From a bacterium (GTDB lineage Bacteria > Patescibacteriota > Andersenbacteria > UBA10190): a stretch of 64,000 nucleotides of DNA. The stretch covers positions 8,404 through 72,403 of the forward strand of contig JAUYKA010000005.1 of the NCBI GenBank assembly GCA_030698495.1, read 5' to 3'. The notes under the pieces were generated by a model. The model worked only from the letters and a program-made list of their open reading frames with translations. It was not told where the DNA came from and made no database searches. The position numbers and the translations under genes are program-made. This document shows, piece by piece, positions 9,233-19,837 of this stretch (position 1 is its first letter; each line of letters begins with the position of its first letter).

Positions 9233-10849
9233 CTACTCCAACATCCCCCCAAACCTCGGCGTCTCCGTTCCCGCCTCTATCTTCGCCCGCCGCGGCAAAT
9301 ATTTCCGTATCGCCGCCAGCTCGTCGCACCTAAACAACAAACACATAGCCACATACGCCGCCACCCCGCCGCCGAAAGATACTAACAGCTGCAGCAATAC
9401 CCCCCAAAACCTGGTCATATCCACCATCGCCGCCACCGGATATTTTAGCGCCTGCAAAACCATTCCGGCCAGTACCGCCGCTACCGTTATCCTCGCCAAA
9501 CTAAACAGCACCTCGCGATCATTAAAACCGTTCAACTGCCAATGCAGCACGCCCAACAGCATCACTAAATTCAAAATCGCCGCCACCGAAAAAGCCAGCG
9601 CCAGCCCCTGCACGCCCATTCGCGGCGCCAACCATATTGCCAGCGCCACATTTACCACAATACTGATTAAAGAAACCGTCACCGGAATAATCGTGTTTTG
9701 CCTCACATAAAACGCTCGCGTCAACAACGGCACCGTCGCTTGCGCAAACAAACTGATCAGCAGCAACCCCAGTGTTTCGAAGGTTAGAATAGTATCTTCC
9801 CAGTCAAAAGCGCCGTCGCCAAACAGCACCCGAATCAACTGCGCGCGCAGCAAAAAGAAAAAGACCGCCACCGGCACCACTAGAAACAAAATATACCGAA
9901 AGGTTTTTGTCAGTGTATTCCTGAATTCTTTTTCCTGTCCTCGCGCTACTTGCTCCGCCAAGGTGGGAAAAGCCGCTTGGGCAAACGCCAAGCCGAATAC
10001 CCCTATCGGCAGACTCTGCACATTACTGGCCAAATGAAAAACCGAAATGGTTCCCGCCGCCAGCCCGGAACCGATTATCGTAACTAAAAACAAATTCACC
10101 TGTGTTCCGGCCAAACCGAATATACGCGGAATTATCATTCGCCGCAGTTTTTTTACATCAACGGAAGACCACTCCATTATCAGCCGCCAGCGCCAGCCGA
10201 CCGCGATCGCGCTCGGCAATTGCACCAACATATGTAGTGCTGCGCCCAGCACCACACCCCACCCCAGTCCGGATACTCCCATCATCGGCACCAGCCAAAC
10301 CACGCCGATAATTATACCGACGTTATAAAGAATCGGCGCCATCGCGTAAGCCACAAAACGCTTAAACGAATTCAGCACCCCGGAGAAAATAAAACTGATA
10401 CTCAATAATATCGGCTGCAGCGCCATCACTCGGGAAAGCATTATCGTCATTGCCAACTTGCCGCCGCTAAAACCCGGCGTTATCAAAGGCACAATCTTAT
10501 CGGCCAACATCACATATAAAATACTGAATATTATTACCACAATCAGGACTAAGTGAAGAACGGACAAGGAAAAATCAAACGCCTCTCTCTTTTTTTTATC
10601 TTTGCTATGAACCAGTTTCTCTGTGAACAAAGGAATAAACGCGGCCGACAAAGCTCCTACTACAACCAAATTAAAAATCAGGTCTGGTAAACGAAACGCC
10701 GCCACAAAAGCGTCAAACGTATCACCCGCGCCAAAGGTCGTGGTAAAAACCCTTTCTCTGATTAAACCCATGAAACGCGAACCTAAAGAGGCCGCTCCTA
10801 AAATCAGGGCCGCCGACACTACTCGACTGCTTACACCGTTTCTGGCCAT
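9233..10849 (-). CDS. murJ: Lipid II flippase MurJ/MviN family
   Basis: 538-aa polytopic membrane protein with the MurJ N-terminal signature (FMGLIRERVFTTTFGAGDTFDAF). Confidence 0.8.
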   Translation of the reverse strand: MARNGVSSRVVSAALILGAASLGSRFMGLIRERVFTTTFGAGDTFDAFVAAFRLPDLIFNLVVVGALSAAFIPLFTEKLVHSKDKKKREAFDFSLSVLHLVLIVVIIFSILYVMLADKIVPLITPGFSGGKLAMTIMLSRVMALQPILLSISFIFSGVLNSFKRFVAYAMAPILYNVGIIIGVVWLVPMMGVSGLGWGVVLGAALHMLVQLPSAIAVGWRWRLIMEWSSVDVKKLRRMIIPRIFGLAGTQVNLFLVTIIGSGLAAGTISVFHLASNVQSLPIGVFGLAFAQAAFPTLAEQVARGQEKEFRNTLTKTFRYILFLVVPVAVFFFLLRAQLIRVLFGDGAFDWEDTILTFETLGLLLISLFAQATVPLLTRAFYVRQNTIIPVTVSLISIVVNVALAIWLAPRMGVQGLALAFSVAAILNLVMLLGVLHWQLNGFNDREVLFSLARITVAAVLAGMVLQALKYPVAAMVDMTRFWGVLLQLLVSFGGGVAAYVAMCLLFRCDELAAIRKYLPRRAKIEAGTETPRFGGMLE

Positions 10850-10890
10850 ATTTTTTCCTTGTTATATCTTAGCCCCCCAAATACAGATTG

Positions 10891-12843
10891 CTATTTACTC
10901 TCCAGCACCGCACCGATCAGCCTATCTTCCCTCAACTCGCCGCGATACGTAAAACGATTATAATCTGTTTGCGTAATTCCGTCACTTGGCACTATATAAC
11001 CCACCCTAACGTTTTCCGGCAGTCTTATCTCCGTTCGTAATTGCGTACGCGTATCTCCCGGCTGCTTAGCCACATACACCGAGTAACGCCCCGCTTTATT
11101 AATTAATCCTGGCATCTGCACACCCTGGGGAATAATATACCGATACAAAGCCACGGACGTCGCTCCCGGTTGCGTCACTATCCAGTTGGCAAAATACAAA
11201 TAGCCCGCTTCTTCACCTATCAACGTACCATTTTCCCCCTGCCGTTGCGCCTGCTGCCAGGCAGCCACGTCGGCATCAGCCGACAACCCCTCAATCTCCT
11301 CTGGCTCAACCAGCTGTGGTACTTGCCCGGCCGGAGTAAAACCTCGCACCTCCTCAAGCACGGCGCCTTTCGGAACAAACACCCGCTGATATATGACATT
11401 ATCTTTAAAGGCCGGGTCTTCTCCTTCCCGATAATTCCCCGCGATCTTCTCCTCCGGTCCGCGATGCGTCCGCCTGATTGTTACCGTTGCCTCCACCTCC
11501 CCGTTTTCCCTGACCTCACTGCGATAATCTATCTCCTGCTCCACAAACTGATCGCTTTTATGCCCGCCGATATTGGCGTTTATCACACTCAAAAAGCCCG
11601 GTTCCGCCTGCGGCCACGTACCGCTGCCGCCCATCTCATCCAGCCTCTGCTGCTCGGCACCGTCTTTCATGTAAACCAGCAGTTGCTTCTCTTGAATCAT
11701 TTTTGCCAGCGCCGACATTGCCTGTAGATTATTCTGTCCCGCTCCCGTAAAAACCTTATTCATCAGCAGCGGAGTTAAATCAGCCAAAAATTGTTTCGGC
11801 TTATTCACTTCCCGGTCATATGAATAAGTCACCTGGTCTTGCGTTAAAGCCACAAAATTATCGGCGCCCACCGTCACACCGTACGCCGGCACTTCAATCG
11901 GTCCCGTAATTTTGAGCAGCTCTTTTACCACCTCCGGCGTCATAGCAATAACTCCGTCCACCGTCGGACCGCCTTCTTTCTCAAAAAAGTCCGCCGCCTT
12001 AGCCGCGCTCACACTGTAATCCGCAAACCAATTTACATCGCGCAAATACCACCGATTCGTTATGCGCCTTAGCGGCTCCGGCGGCGCAATATAGTCTTTC
12101 ATCTGTCCGTCCGGATCATACACCGTTTGCACATCAACTGTTTCAATTATCCCCCGATCCACATTAACCAAGCCAATACTGCCGATAAATCCTCCAGTCG
12201 GCCGCTGTTCGTTGTTGTTTTCAAATAAAATCAGATACTGCCGCTCGCGCTTACTACCCAACAAAGTTAACAGCCAATCTCCCTGGTTAACCAATAAATC
12301 CAACGGTTTTTTTATCTTCGCTACCGCGTTTTTCGTTTCACTCACCTGCTGTTTCAACTCATTAGGCAAAAACACGTCGTTGACTGTGTTCAAATTCGCG
12401 TCCGCCGCGTCTATCTCCGCCGCCGCCGCTCTCATCTCCTCCAGAGAATCCGACAACGCTGACATAAAATTACTCCCCTCCGCATCGACACCATTGACCA
12501 GCGGCTCGGCTCCGCGGGCAAAATGTTGTCCGGCACGGGCAATAGCTTCGGCGGCACGTAATATTCTGTCCCCGGATTTTACCGTTCCCGTTAAATCAAC
12601 AACCTCCAACACAGTTTTGGCTGTCGCTAACGCCCCCGCCAACTCACTCCTGGCTTCAGCCAACAACTGTTCCGCTTCTCCAAACTTTGTCTCGCCTTCC
12701 GCAAAATTTTGATCGGCCAGCGCCGTCTGTCCCATCGCCACTCTCTCATACGCTTCCTTAGCGTTACTAGCCACCGAACCGAGCGCTGCGTAACCCCTGC
12801 CTAAAGCCTGCAAATTCCACAGCAACCCCCAAGACGCTGACAA
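10891..12843 (-). CDS. DUF4012 domain cell-envelope protein (C-terminal 650 aa; TTG start is probably artificial, see frameshift finding)
   Basis: YLILFENNNEQRPTGGFIGS is a DUF4012 hallmark. A TM helix (ANLILLLVGLSASWGLLW) is encoded immediately upstream in the same frame, without an ATG. Confidence 0.6.
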   Translation of the reverse strand: MSASWGLLWNLQALGRGYAALGSVASNAKEAYERVAMGQTALADQNFAEGETKFGEAEQLLAEARSELAGALATAKTVLEVVDLTGTVKSGDRILRAAEAIARAGQHFARGAEPLVNGVDAEGSNFMSALSDSLEEMRAAAAEIDAADANLNTVNDVFLPNELKQQVSETKNAVAKIKKPLDLLVNQGDWLLTLLGSKRERQYLILFENNNEQRPTGGFIGSIGLVNVDRGIIETVDVQTVYDPDGQMKDYIAPPEPLRRITNRWYLRDVNWFADYSVSAAKAADFFEKEGGPTVDGVIAMTPEVVKELLKITGPIEVPAYGVTVGADNFVALTQDQVTYSYDREVNKPKQFLADLTPLLMNKVFTGAGQNNLQAMSALAKMIQEKQLLVYMKDGAEQQRLDEMGGSGTWPQAEPGFLSVINANIGGHKSDQFVEQEIDYRSEVRENGEVEATVTIRRTHRGPEEKIAGNYREGEDPAFKDNVIYQRVFVPKGAVLEEVRGFTPAGQVPQLVEPEEIEGLSADADVAAWQQAQRQGENGTLIGEEAGYLYFANWIVTQPGATSVALYRYIIPQGVQMPGLINKAGRYSVYVAKQPGDTRTQLRTEIRLPENVRVGYIVPSDGITQTDYNRFTYRGELREDRLIGAVLESK

Positions 12844-12860
12844 ACCAACCAGCAGTAAAA

Positions 12861-13805
12861 TCAGGTTAGCGGTATAAAATACTGTTTTTTTTTACCCCGC
12901 GCCGCCTCGTCGCAAGAGAGGCGAAGTGGGTGTTTGCCCCGCGCCGCTTGATTGTAATCGGACCTCTGCGGGGTTTCACTCAACCCGACTTGATTGTCTT
13001 CAGTCATCCCGCCCGCGTCAACAAATTCCGGCGTCGGCTTATAACCCAAGACTGGTTTATGTTTCATTGGACTATGTTTTTTCCCAGGCAGCCGCCCAAA
13101 AGGCCAGATACTGAAATGCAATGGTAAGGCAAATCGTCGCCTCGGCTCCTCGATTGTTGCCGACGCTAAGATTGGTTCCGTCATTTCCAAAGTAGCCGGA
13201 GCCGAACTTTTTTCTTGCGACCAAGAATATGACACGTCTCTTTCTCCGCTCACCAACAGACCTGTAGGGATCTTTTCTTTTTTCCTGCTCGGCCAATTCG
13301 CCACTCCCGGTCGCTTAATTTTCTTGCGCGTCATATTTTCTGCCTTTACCGGCACTGTCCGCGCCACAGTCACTTTCGTCGTCGGTGCGGTTCTCCTCTT
13401 GACCGCCAAACCCACATATGGCGGTAATGTCATTTTTAGCGTCGGTTTCGACTGGCGATAAACATCTCCGGTGTGATATTCCACGCCCCTATTCACCTGC
13501 TTGGGCACTTTCAATCTGCCGTAAGCGGGTGCCGTACTCGGCAATTCGGAATATATCGGTCTTCTCTCAAAACGAACAATTGCCTCGCGTTGTTTTTTCT
13601 GCCGCCGCATACGCGTCATTTCCTCCCTCACTGGCCGGCGCAGTCTGGCCGGCAGACGCCAATCAATTTGTACCACTTTCGGCCCTGCTTGGTTCATCGT
13701 CTGACGCTTTCTGCTTTCCGCGCCCACTAAACGACGCCGGCGGTCTTTCCCTCCGCGCTCTTCGTGATTGTATGAAGGATTATTGGGTGCAACTACATCC
13801 AGCAC
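12861..13805 (-). pseudogene. Basic Pro/Arg/Lys-rich 314-aa ORF, probably the N-terminal cytoplasmic region of the DUF4012 gene split off by a 1-nt frameshift in a T9/A9 homopolymer (12885-12893)
   Basis: The ORF ends GKKKQYFIPLT* reading through AAAAAAAAA. One additional A fuses it in-frame to KKTVFYTANLILLLVGLSASW..., the start of the DUF4012 ORF. Confidence 0.5.
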
Positions 13806-13857
13806 ACTCCTATTGTAGAACCAAACTCGTTCTTAAGCCAGCCTAAAACAAACCGGA

Positions 13858-14988
13858 TCATCGTTTTCCTGTTGCCTCTTCATACACCTTAAGATGTTGT
13901 TCCACCGCCTTATCCCACTTAAAGAATTGCGCCCGCGCTCTCCCTTCATCCGTTAATCGCGCCCGCAATCTATCGTCGTTCATAACCCGCTCCACCCCGG
14001 CCGCTATATCAACCACGCTTTCCGGATTGACATAAATCGCCGCCTCCCCCATTACTTCAGGCAAACTGGACACGTTAGATGTAACCACCGGCGCGCCGCA
14101 GGCCGCCGCTTCCAGTACCGGCAAACCAAACCCTTCGTACAAACTGGGCCAAACAAAACACGCCGCTTCTGCGTACATGGCCGGTAACAATTTCTGCGGC
14201 ACATACCCGGGAAAAATTACTTTTTGCTCCAGACTCAATGTCCGTGTCAACTTTAAAACTTTTCCCCAACCCGCCTTGGGCCGTCCGGTAATCACTAATT
14301 TATAATCGAATCCTTTTTTAATCAGTAAACCAAACGCCCTGATTAAACGATCCAAATTCTTGTGGCTCATCCACACCCCCACAAATAGCAAATACGGTTT
14401 GTTCGTACCAATAAGCAGCCTGGCCTTCTGCCTCTCCTCTCCGGTCACCGGCCGCCAAAATGACTCGTCCACACCTTCATATATCACTGTAGTTTTATCC
14501 GACATCTGAAGCGGCAAAAAGTTCAGCGCTTCTTTTGTCGCTTGCGACACGGCGATTATCGCCCTTGCGCCCTCTATCGCTCTCTTAAATACATACTCGT
14601 ACGCTATTTGCTGTTTCAAACCCTGGCGCCGCTGGCCAGGAAAAATAAACCGTGTCACATCATGCACGGTTACCACATACGGTCCCCGAAAAAATACCGG
14701 CACGTTAAAATGAGTAAAATGCCACAAATCCGCCCGCACTCCCGCGAGCTGCCGCCAGAACACAGTCTGTTCCCGCCAGGAATAATACGACCCATCCACT
14801 AATTTCATCTCAACTTTCCCTTTCGGAAACTCCGCGGCAAATCGCTTAAACGCCTCAGCGTCCGGCGCGCTTACCAGCGCCACATACTTATGATTATCCT
14901 CACAGCGCGCCAGACCCGCGATGATATTTCTGGTATATCTCCCGATCCCCGCCCAGCTAAAAGCTCTCGCGTCAATTGCTATTCGCAT
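13858..14988 (-). CDS. Glycosyltransferase family 4 (GT-B, RfaB-like)
   Basis: C-terminal GT1/GT4 E-x7-E region (EGFGLPVLEAAACGAPVV). Confidence 0.8.
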   Translation of the reverse strand: MRIAIDARAFSWAGIGRYTRNIIAGLARCEDNHKYVALVSAPDAEAFKRFAAEFPKGKVEMKLVDGSYYSWREQTVFWRQLAGVRADLWHFTHFNVPVFFRGPYVVTVHDVTRFIFPGQRRQGLKQQIAYEYVFKRAIEGARAIIAVSQATKEALNFLPLQMSDKTTVIYEGVDESFWRPVTGEERQKARLLIGTNKPYLLFVGVWMSHKNLDRLIRAFGLLIKKGFDYKLVITGRPKAGWGKVLKLTRTLSLEQKVIFPGYVPQKLLPAMYAEAACFVWPSLYEGFGLPVLEAAACGAPVVTSNVSSLPEVMGEAAIYVNPESVVDIAAGVERVMNDDRLRARLTDEGRARAQFFKWDKAVEQHLKVYEEATGKR

Positions 14989-15053
14989 ACGTTATAGATT
15001 ATACATAATTTTTAATCTTCAGTTCGCAAACAAGGAGTTTGGAAATTTCTAAG

Positions 15054-16181
15054 TCACTCCAAGACGCTCTCCATAACTTCTATCGTCTCCCGTGCCGCGT
15101 TCCCCCAAGAATATCTATTCCGTATTTCCTCCCTTTGCTGACTGGTAACTTCCGGCAAATCATTCAACAGCTCGCGCAACACCACGGCAATTTCCGCCGC
15201 GTTGGCGGGGTCCACTAAAGTCGCCCAGTCGCCGACTACCTCCGGCAGTGATGAGTTAAAAGAAGTAACCACCGGCGTTCCCGCCAGCAACGCTTCCAGC
15301 GGTGGAAAACCAAACCCTTCGTAAAAACTGGGGTAAACAAACAAATCCGCTCCGGCATACAAACACTGCTTATCTTCTTCTTCCACAAAGCCCATCACCT
15401 TAATTCGCGCGCGCGCCGATGACTGCCTGACCGCCGCTTGAATCGGCCCCATTAACCAGCCCCTGCTGCCGGCAATAACCAGGTCTTGCTCGACACTATC
15501 GGCAATCGCGGTATACGAACGCACTACGCCAATAATATTTTTACGCGGTTCAAAAGTACCTAAAAACAGCACATATCTACGAGGCAATCCGTATTTTTCC
15601 CGCACCCGGTCAATCTCTTCGCGGGAAGGCGGCTCTTTCCAATCCGGCGTACCGGAATGAATGACCGTCACCTTAGCCGCGTCCAAACCGTAAATATCCG
15701 TTACGTCCCGGGCGGCGGCGGCGGAAACCGCGATTATGTGATCGGCATTCCTCAATAATTTTCTCGGCTGAACATATCGATGCCACAGACGCCTCTGTCG
15801 GGAATAAAATTCCGGAAAGCGCTCAAAAGATAAATCATGCACCGTCACCACGTATGGCGTCCTGGCCGACACCGGCAGGGGACGCGCGTTTGGCACAAAA
15901 AAACAATCCGCCGTGATCAAACCATCCCAGCGCGGCCAATTCAGTACATACTGACTGGCGTTGAATAGTTTATTGGGATATTTAAATACTGCCCTCTCAA
16001 TATCTTCGCCTAAATACGGCAACTCAACCGGCGACCAGGCGTTGTAGAAAACTTCGTATTTATTATCTCCGGGCACCTCCAGCATAGCCCTGATAATTTG
16101 CGAAGTGTACTCTTCGACTCCGCTGTGCCTGCCTTCCATCAGCGACCGAACGTCAATCGCTATTTTATGTCCCCCCTTCAT
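15054..16181 (-). CDS. Glycosyltransferase family 4
   Basis: EGFGFPPLEALLAGTPVV motif. Confidence 0.8.
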   Translation of the reverse strand: MKGGHKIAIDVRSLMEGRHSGVEEYTSQIIRAMLEVPGDNKYEVFYNAWSPVELPYLGEDIERAVFKYPNKLFNASQYVLNWPRWDGLITADCFFVPNARPLPVSARTPYVVTVHDLSFERFPEFYSRQRRLWHRYVQPRKLLRNADHIIAVSAAAARDVTDIYGLDAAKVTVIHSGTPDWKEPPSREEIDRVREKYGLPRRYVLFLGTFEPRKNIIGVVRSYTAIADSVEQDLVIAGSRGWLMGPIQAAVRQSSARARIKVMGFVEEEDKQCLYAGADLFVYPSFYEGFGFPPLEALLAGTPVVTSFNSSLPEVVGDWATLVDPANAAEIAVVLRELLNDLPEVTSQQREEIRNRYSWGNAARETIEVMESVLE

Positions 16182-16212
16182 AAGGAGGAAATTAAGAGGG
16201 GGTAAATAATTT

Positions 16213-16839
16213 TCACGCTTCTTCTTGATTCAGACTTTTCCATAATAACGCCCCGTTAACCAATATCAACAACGTCATAACAAACGTCGCTACCGTTATT
16301 ACCGGCACGCTTACCGCGCTTTTCCCTTCCCACGGCGTACTGGTCACCACCCTGAACTTCAGTGCCGGTATCCCTTCCTGCTGATATATATCAACATTAT
16401 TAGCCATTACCTCTTCTAGTCCCTTCGCCAGCAGACTGGCCTTTTCTTCGTCTCGGTCACGCACCGTAACCTGAATCAATTGCGGCGCTGTTTTTTCCGC
16501 CGTCACACTGCGCGCCAAGATTTTCGGATCTTCGCCGGGCAAATCCAAACCGGCCGACTCGTATGCCGCTACCACCGTCTCCGGAGTTGTTGCCCACTTG
16601 GCCAAAGAAGCCGCGAATAAATCCGTCGCCTGCAACGCGTAATAACCGTCAAAGGTGTATTCCGAAGGATTCTCGCGTTCACTTAAAGAAACCAAATAAG
16701 AATAATGCACTTCGTATGTTGGCCCGGAGCGCTCCGCCAGCGCATATGCCACCGCGGCGACGGCTAAACTCGCGATTAACAGCCACGGCATCATCCGCCA
16801 TAAATACTCCCGATAATATGACAAGCTCCCCCGGTTCAT
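16213..16839 (-). CDS. Wzz-like polysaccharide chain-length determinant (PCP) protein
   Basis: N- and C-terminal TM helices flanking a periplasmic domain. The likely start is MNRGSLSYY, whose ATG overlaps the upstream GT stop codon as ATGA (translational coupling). Confidence 0.55.
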   Translation of the reverse strand: MNRGSLSYYREYLWRMMPWLLIASLAVAAVAYALAERSGPTYEVHYSYLVSLSERENPSEYTFDGYYALQATDLFAASLAKWATTPETVVAAYESAGLDLPGEDPKILARSVTAEKTAPQLIQVTVRDRDEEKASLLAKGLEEVMANNVDIYQQEGIPALKFRVVTSTPWEGKSAVSVPVITVATFVMTLLILVNGALLWKSLNQEEA

Positions 16840-17951
16840 AATCTTACCGAATTTTCCTTTTGGTAAACCATCCATTGATTCTGCACCTCTTCCCGAATAG
16901 CGCGCAAGAAATTCTGCCGGCGATATTTCTCTGCGTGCCGCCGAATCAACTCCGGATCGAAATTCTTTTGTTCAAGCCTCAATATCGCCCCCATTAAACT
17001 TGTCACCGTCTGTTCTTCAAAAAAAACGCCCGTCTCATCCGCCACCACCGTTTCCAGCGCTCCTCCCCCCGCGTACGCCACCGTGGGCTTTCCCGCCGCG
17101 GCCGCCTCCAGCGGCGTTATGCCAAAATCTTCCTCCTGCGGAAAAAGCAGAGCCCGGCATCCCGCGTATAATTGCGGCAACTGTTCATCTGGCACAAACC
17201 CCAGAAATTCCACGTACTCGCCCCCGCGCTTACGCAGGGATTCATAGTCTTGTCCTGTTCCCGCAATTTTAAGCGGACGCTTCAAACGCTCGCATGCTTC
17301 TATCGCCAATTCCACTCGTTTATATGGCACCAGTCTTGATACCACCAAATAATACCCCCCCGTCTCTTTACTGACCTTAAAATCATCAACATCCACCGGC
17401 GGCGGTACCACACGCGAATCACGATGATAATATTTCTTTATCCGACGCGCCACCACCTGCGACAGTGTCAGATAGCTATCAACCCTTTGCGCCGCGTAAT
17501 AATCCCACAAACGCATGTAAGACAAACCTAAGGGCGCTAGTGGCTTAAATAAAGCTAATCGGGAAAATTCACGCACGTACCGGTGCGAATCATCCCACAA
17601 ATATCTTGTCGGCGTAAAACAATAAGATAGATGCATAGTCGACGCTCCGGTAATAATTCCCTTGGTAAAACTATGCGTATCCGATAACACCACATCGTAT
17701 TCGCTAAAATCAAACTGCTCCACCGCCAGCGGCATCAGCAGGGGAAAAAAACGATGGTGACGCTTGGCGCCCGGCACGCGCTGCAGGAAAGACACCCTGA
17801 TCCTCGCCTCATCGAAACCGGCCGGCATCACCCGCCCGTTATGCAACAATGTGAACACGGGAGCATTCTCAAATGCCTCCATTAGCGCCAACAAGACTCT
17901 CTCCGCCCCGCCAAACTGGGTTAAATAGTCATGGACAATAGCTACGCGCAT
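16836..17951 (-). CDS. Glycosyltransferase family 4
   Basis: GT-B fold; the N-terminal MRVAIVHDYLTQFGGAERV is typical of GT4. Confidence 0.8.
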   Translation of the reverse strand: MRVAIVHDYLTQFGGAERVLLALMEAFENAPVFTLLHNGRVMPAGFDEARIRVSFLQRVPGAKRHHRFFPLLMPLAVEQFDFSEYDVVLSDTHSFTKGIITGASTMHLSYCFTPTRYLWDDSHRYVREFSRLALFKPLAPLGLSYMRLWDYYAAQRVDSYLTLSQVVARRIKKYYHRDSRVVPPPVDVDDFKVSKETGGYYLVVSRLVPYKRVELAIEACERLKRPLKIAGTGQDYESLRKRGGEYVEFLGFVPDEQLPQLYAGCRALLFPQEEDFGITPLEAAAAGKPTVAYAGGGALETVVADETGVFFEEQTVTSLMGAILRLEQKNFDPELIRRHAEKYRRQNFLRAIREEVQNQWMVYQKENSVRL

Positions 17952-17995
17952 CCAGATATATTAACGTAAGGTTGGCGACAACGCCAACCCCGCCA

Positions 17996-18110
17996 TAAAC
18001 TTAAAACTAAAAACTAAAAACTAAAAACTGCACCATAAAAAGAAAAAAGAACCGCGTAAAATCGTTCTTTTTCGTTTTTCACTTTACGTTTTGCGTTTTC
18101 TTATACCGCA
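17996..18110 (-). terminator. AAAAC-repeat hairpin family, 3' of the WbaP-like gene
   Basis: (AAAACT)x4 arm, central GC hairpin, GTTTTTCACTTTACGTTTTGCG arm. Confidence 0.4.
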
Positions 18111-19555
18111 TTCTTATCCTTCAAAAGAAGCACCAAAGTTTTAAACAATAAAATTATATCCAAAAACAAAGACCACCCTTCCACGTACGCAATATCCAAA
18201 TTAGCTTCCTGATCAAACGAAAGACCGGCGTTTCCGTTTACCTGCGCCATCCCCGACATGCCCGGCTTAATGGTAAACAGCTTTTGGTGATGCTTGCCGT
18301 AACGGCTCACCTCATTCGGCAAATGCGGCCGCGGTCCGAACAAGCTCATTTCCCCTCGCGCCACATTAATCAATTGCGGCAACTCATCAATCCGCCATTT
18401 TCTTATAAATCTCCCCACCCGCGTCACCCGCGGGTCCATTTTCATTTTAAAAAGAGGCCCCGACCTCTCATTCGTTTCCTGCCGCAGTTTTTCTTCGTAT
18501 TGCCTCGCTTTTTCTCCACCGTAATTATTCCCCGTACAAAACTCCTGCTTCATACTGCGGAATTTATAAATATCAAACGGCTTCTTATTCCGCCCAATCC
18601 TGGTTTGACTGTATAAAATCGGTCCGGGCGAATCCATTCTTATAGCCACCGCCGCGGCCATGTAAATCGGTGCTAAAATGACCGCCCCCACCAACACGCC
18701 GAACAAATCCATCAGCCGCTTGGCCACCCGACCCCAGCCGTCCAATGGCGTGCGCTGCAATTCCATCACCGGCACTCCCCCAATCTGGCGAAATTGAACA
18801 TTGGCCGCGTGCGCCTCAAACGTATTGGGCACATATTTATAATCAATCTTGTATTTATCGCAAAAATCCAACAGCATCAAATTATCTTCATCCGTTAATG
18901 TCGGCGCTGTTTGAATAACCTCATCCAGCCCCGACCGCTGATACAACTCCTCCATTTCCTCCCAGCGCACCTTTTCCGACATTCCCACCACCACATAGCC
19001 AAGCTGGGGTTTTCGCCGAAAAACCCGCTCTAACTGATCGCCATATTTTCCGTTGCCTATCAAGGCCACGCGGTGGACCCCCGTGCCGCGACGCAACAAC
19101 CATTTCTGCGCGTACCTGACCCCGAACCTCCCCGCCGTCACAAAAATAATGGCGAACACATAAGCCGCCATCACAATGAATCGAGATTGAAACAAAGCCG
19201 CACTTAAGAAAACATAAACCAGCACTATCATCACCCCGATTGATATACTGGAAAAAATATGTGTTAACTCATCCAGCGGACGACGTGTCGCTCGCATCAC
19301 ATAAAGTCCCTGCATGGCGAAAATCACAATCGTTACTACCGCCACCACGCTTATCAACTGCAGATACTCAACCAGCGGCAAATCCAGCTGAAAAACAGCC
19401 GGTCTTATCTCCTGCGCCGTCGGACTCACCCGCAAATAATAAGCCAGCAACCCGGCCGCTATCATCGCGACGAAATCAATGGGCACTAAAATCGCCCCGA
19501 AAAATAACTCGGATCTTTTCATACTCTTGTATTCAACCAGCGACCATACGACCAA
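18101..19555 (-). CDS. Undecaprenyl-phosphate hexose-1-phosphate transferase (WbaP/CpsE-type initiating sugar transferase)
   Basis: Several N-terminal TM helices; C-terminal bacterial sugar transferase domain (DELPQLINV, KPGMSGMAQVNG). Confidence 0.8.
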   Translation of the reverse strand: MVVWSLVEYKSMKRSELFFGAILVPIDFVAMIAAGLLAYYLRVSPTAQEIRPAVFQLDLPLVEYLQLISVVAVVTIVIFAMQGLYVMRATRRPLDELTHIFSSISIGVMIVLVYVFLSAALFQSRFIVMAAYVFAIIFVTAGRFGVRYAQKWLLRRGTGVHRVALIGNGKYGDQLERVFRRKPQLGYVVVGMSEKVRWEEMEELYQRSGLDEVIQTAPTLTDEDNLMLLDFCDKYKIDYKYVPNTFEAHAANVQFRQIGGVPVMELQRTPLDGWGRVAKRLMDLFGVLVGAVILAPIYMAAAVAIRMDSPGPILYSQTRIGRNKKPFDIYKFRSMKQEFCTGNNYGGEKARQYEEKLRQETNERSGPLFKMKMDPRVTRVGRFIRKWRIDELPQLINVARGEMSLFGPRPHLPNEVSRYGKHHQKLFTIKPGMSGMAQVNGNAGLSFDQEANLDIAYVEGWSLFLDIILLFKTLVLLLKDKNAV

Positions 19556-19823
19556 TCACCTAAATTGTCAATACAATATGACACTGTCTTATATTGTAAT
19601 GCCGCTACCACCTAAACCGCAACGGTTATTTAACGTGCCTATCACGGCGGGTGACGCGCTGGGGGGTCCCCCGCCGAGCGCCTGCACCCGCCTAAATTTT
19701 GCCGCAGCAAAATATTAGGCGGGGAAGCCGTCGGGCGGGGGCTCGAGCGCGGCAGGACCCGCCGGAGATGAACAATATTAGCCCCAGTCGCCTAAACGTC
19801 GTTTGACAAACCCCACATTTCGT

Positions 19824-19829
19824 ATATAA
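19824..19829 (+). promoter_or_regulatory. Candidate -10 box (TATAAT) for rnpB
   Basis: TATAAT lies 8 nt upstream of the inferred RNase P RNA 5' end. Confidence 0.35.
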
Positions 19830-19837
19830 TGTCAAAT

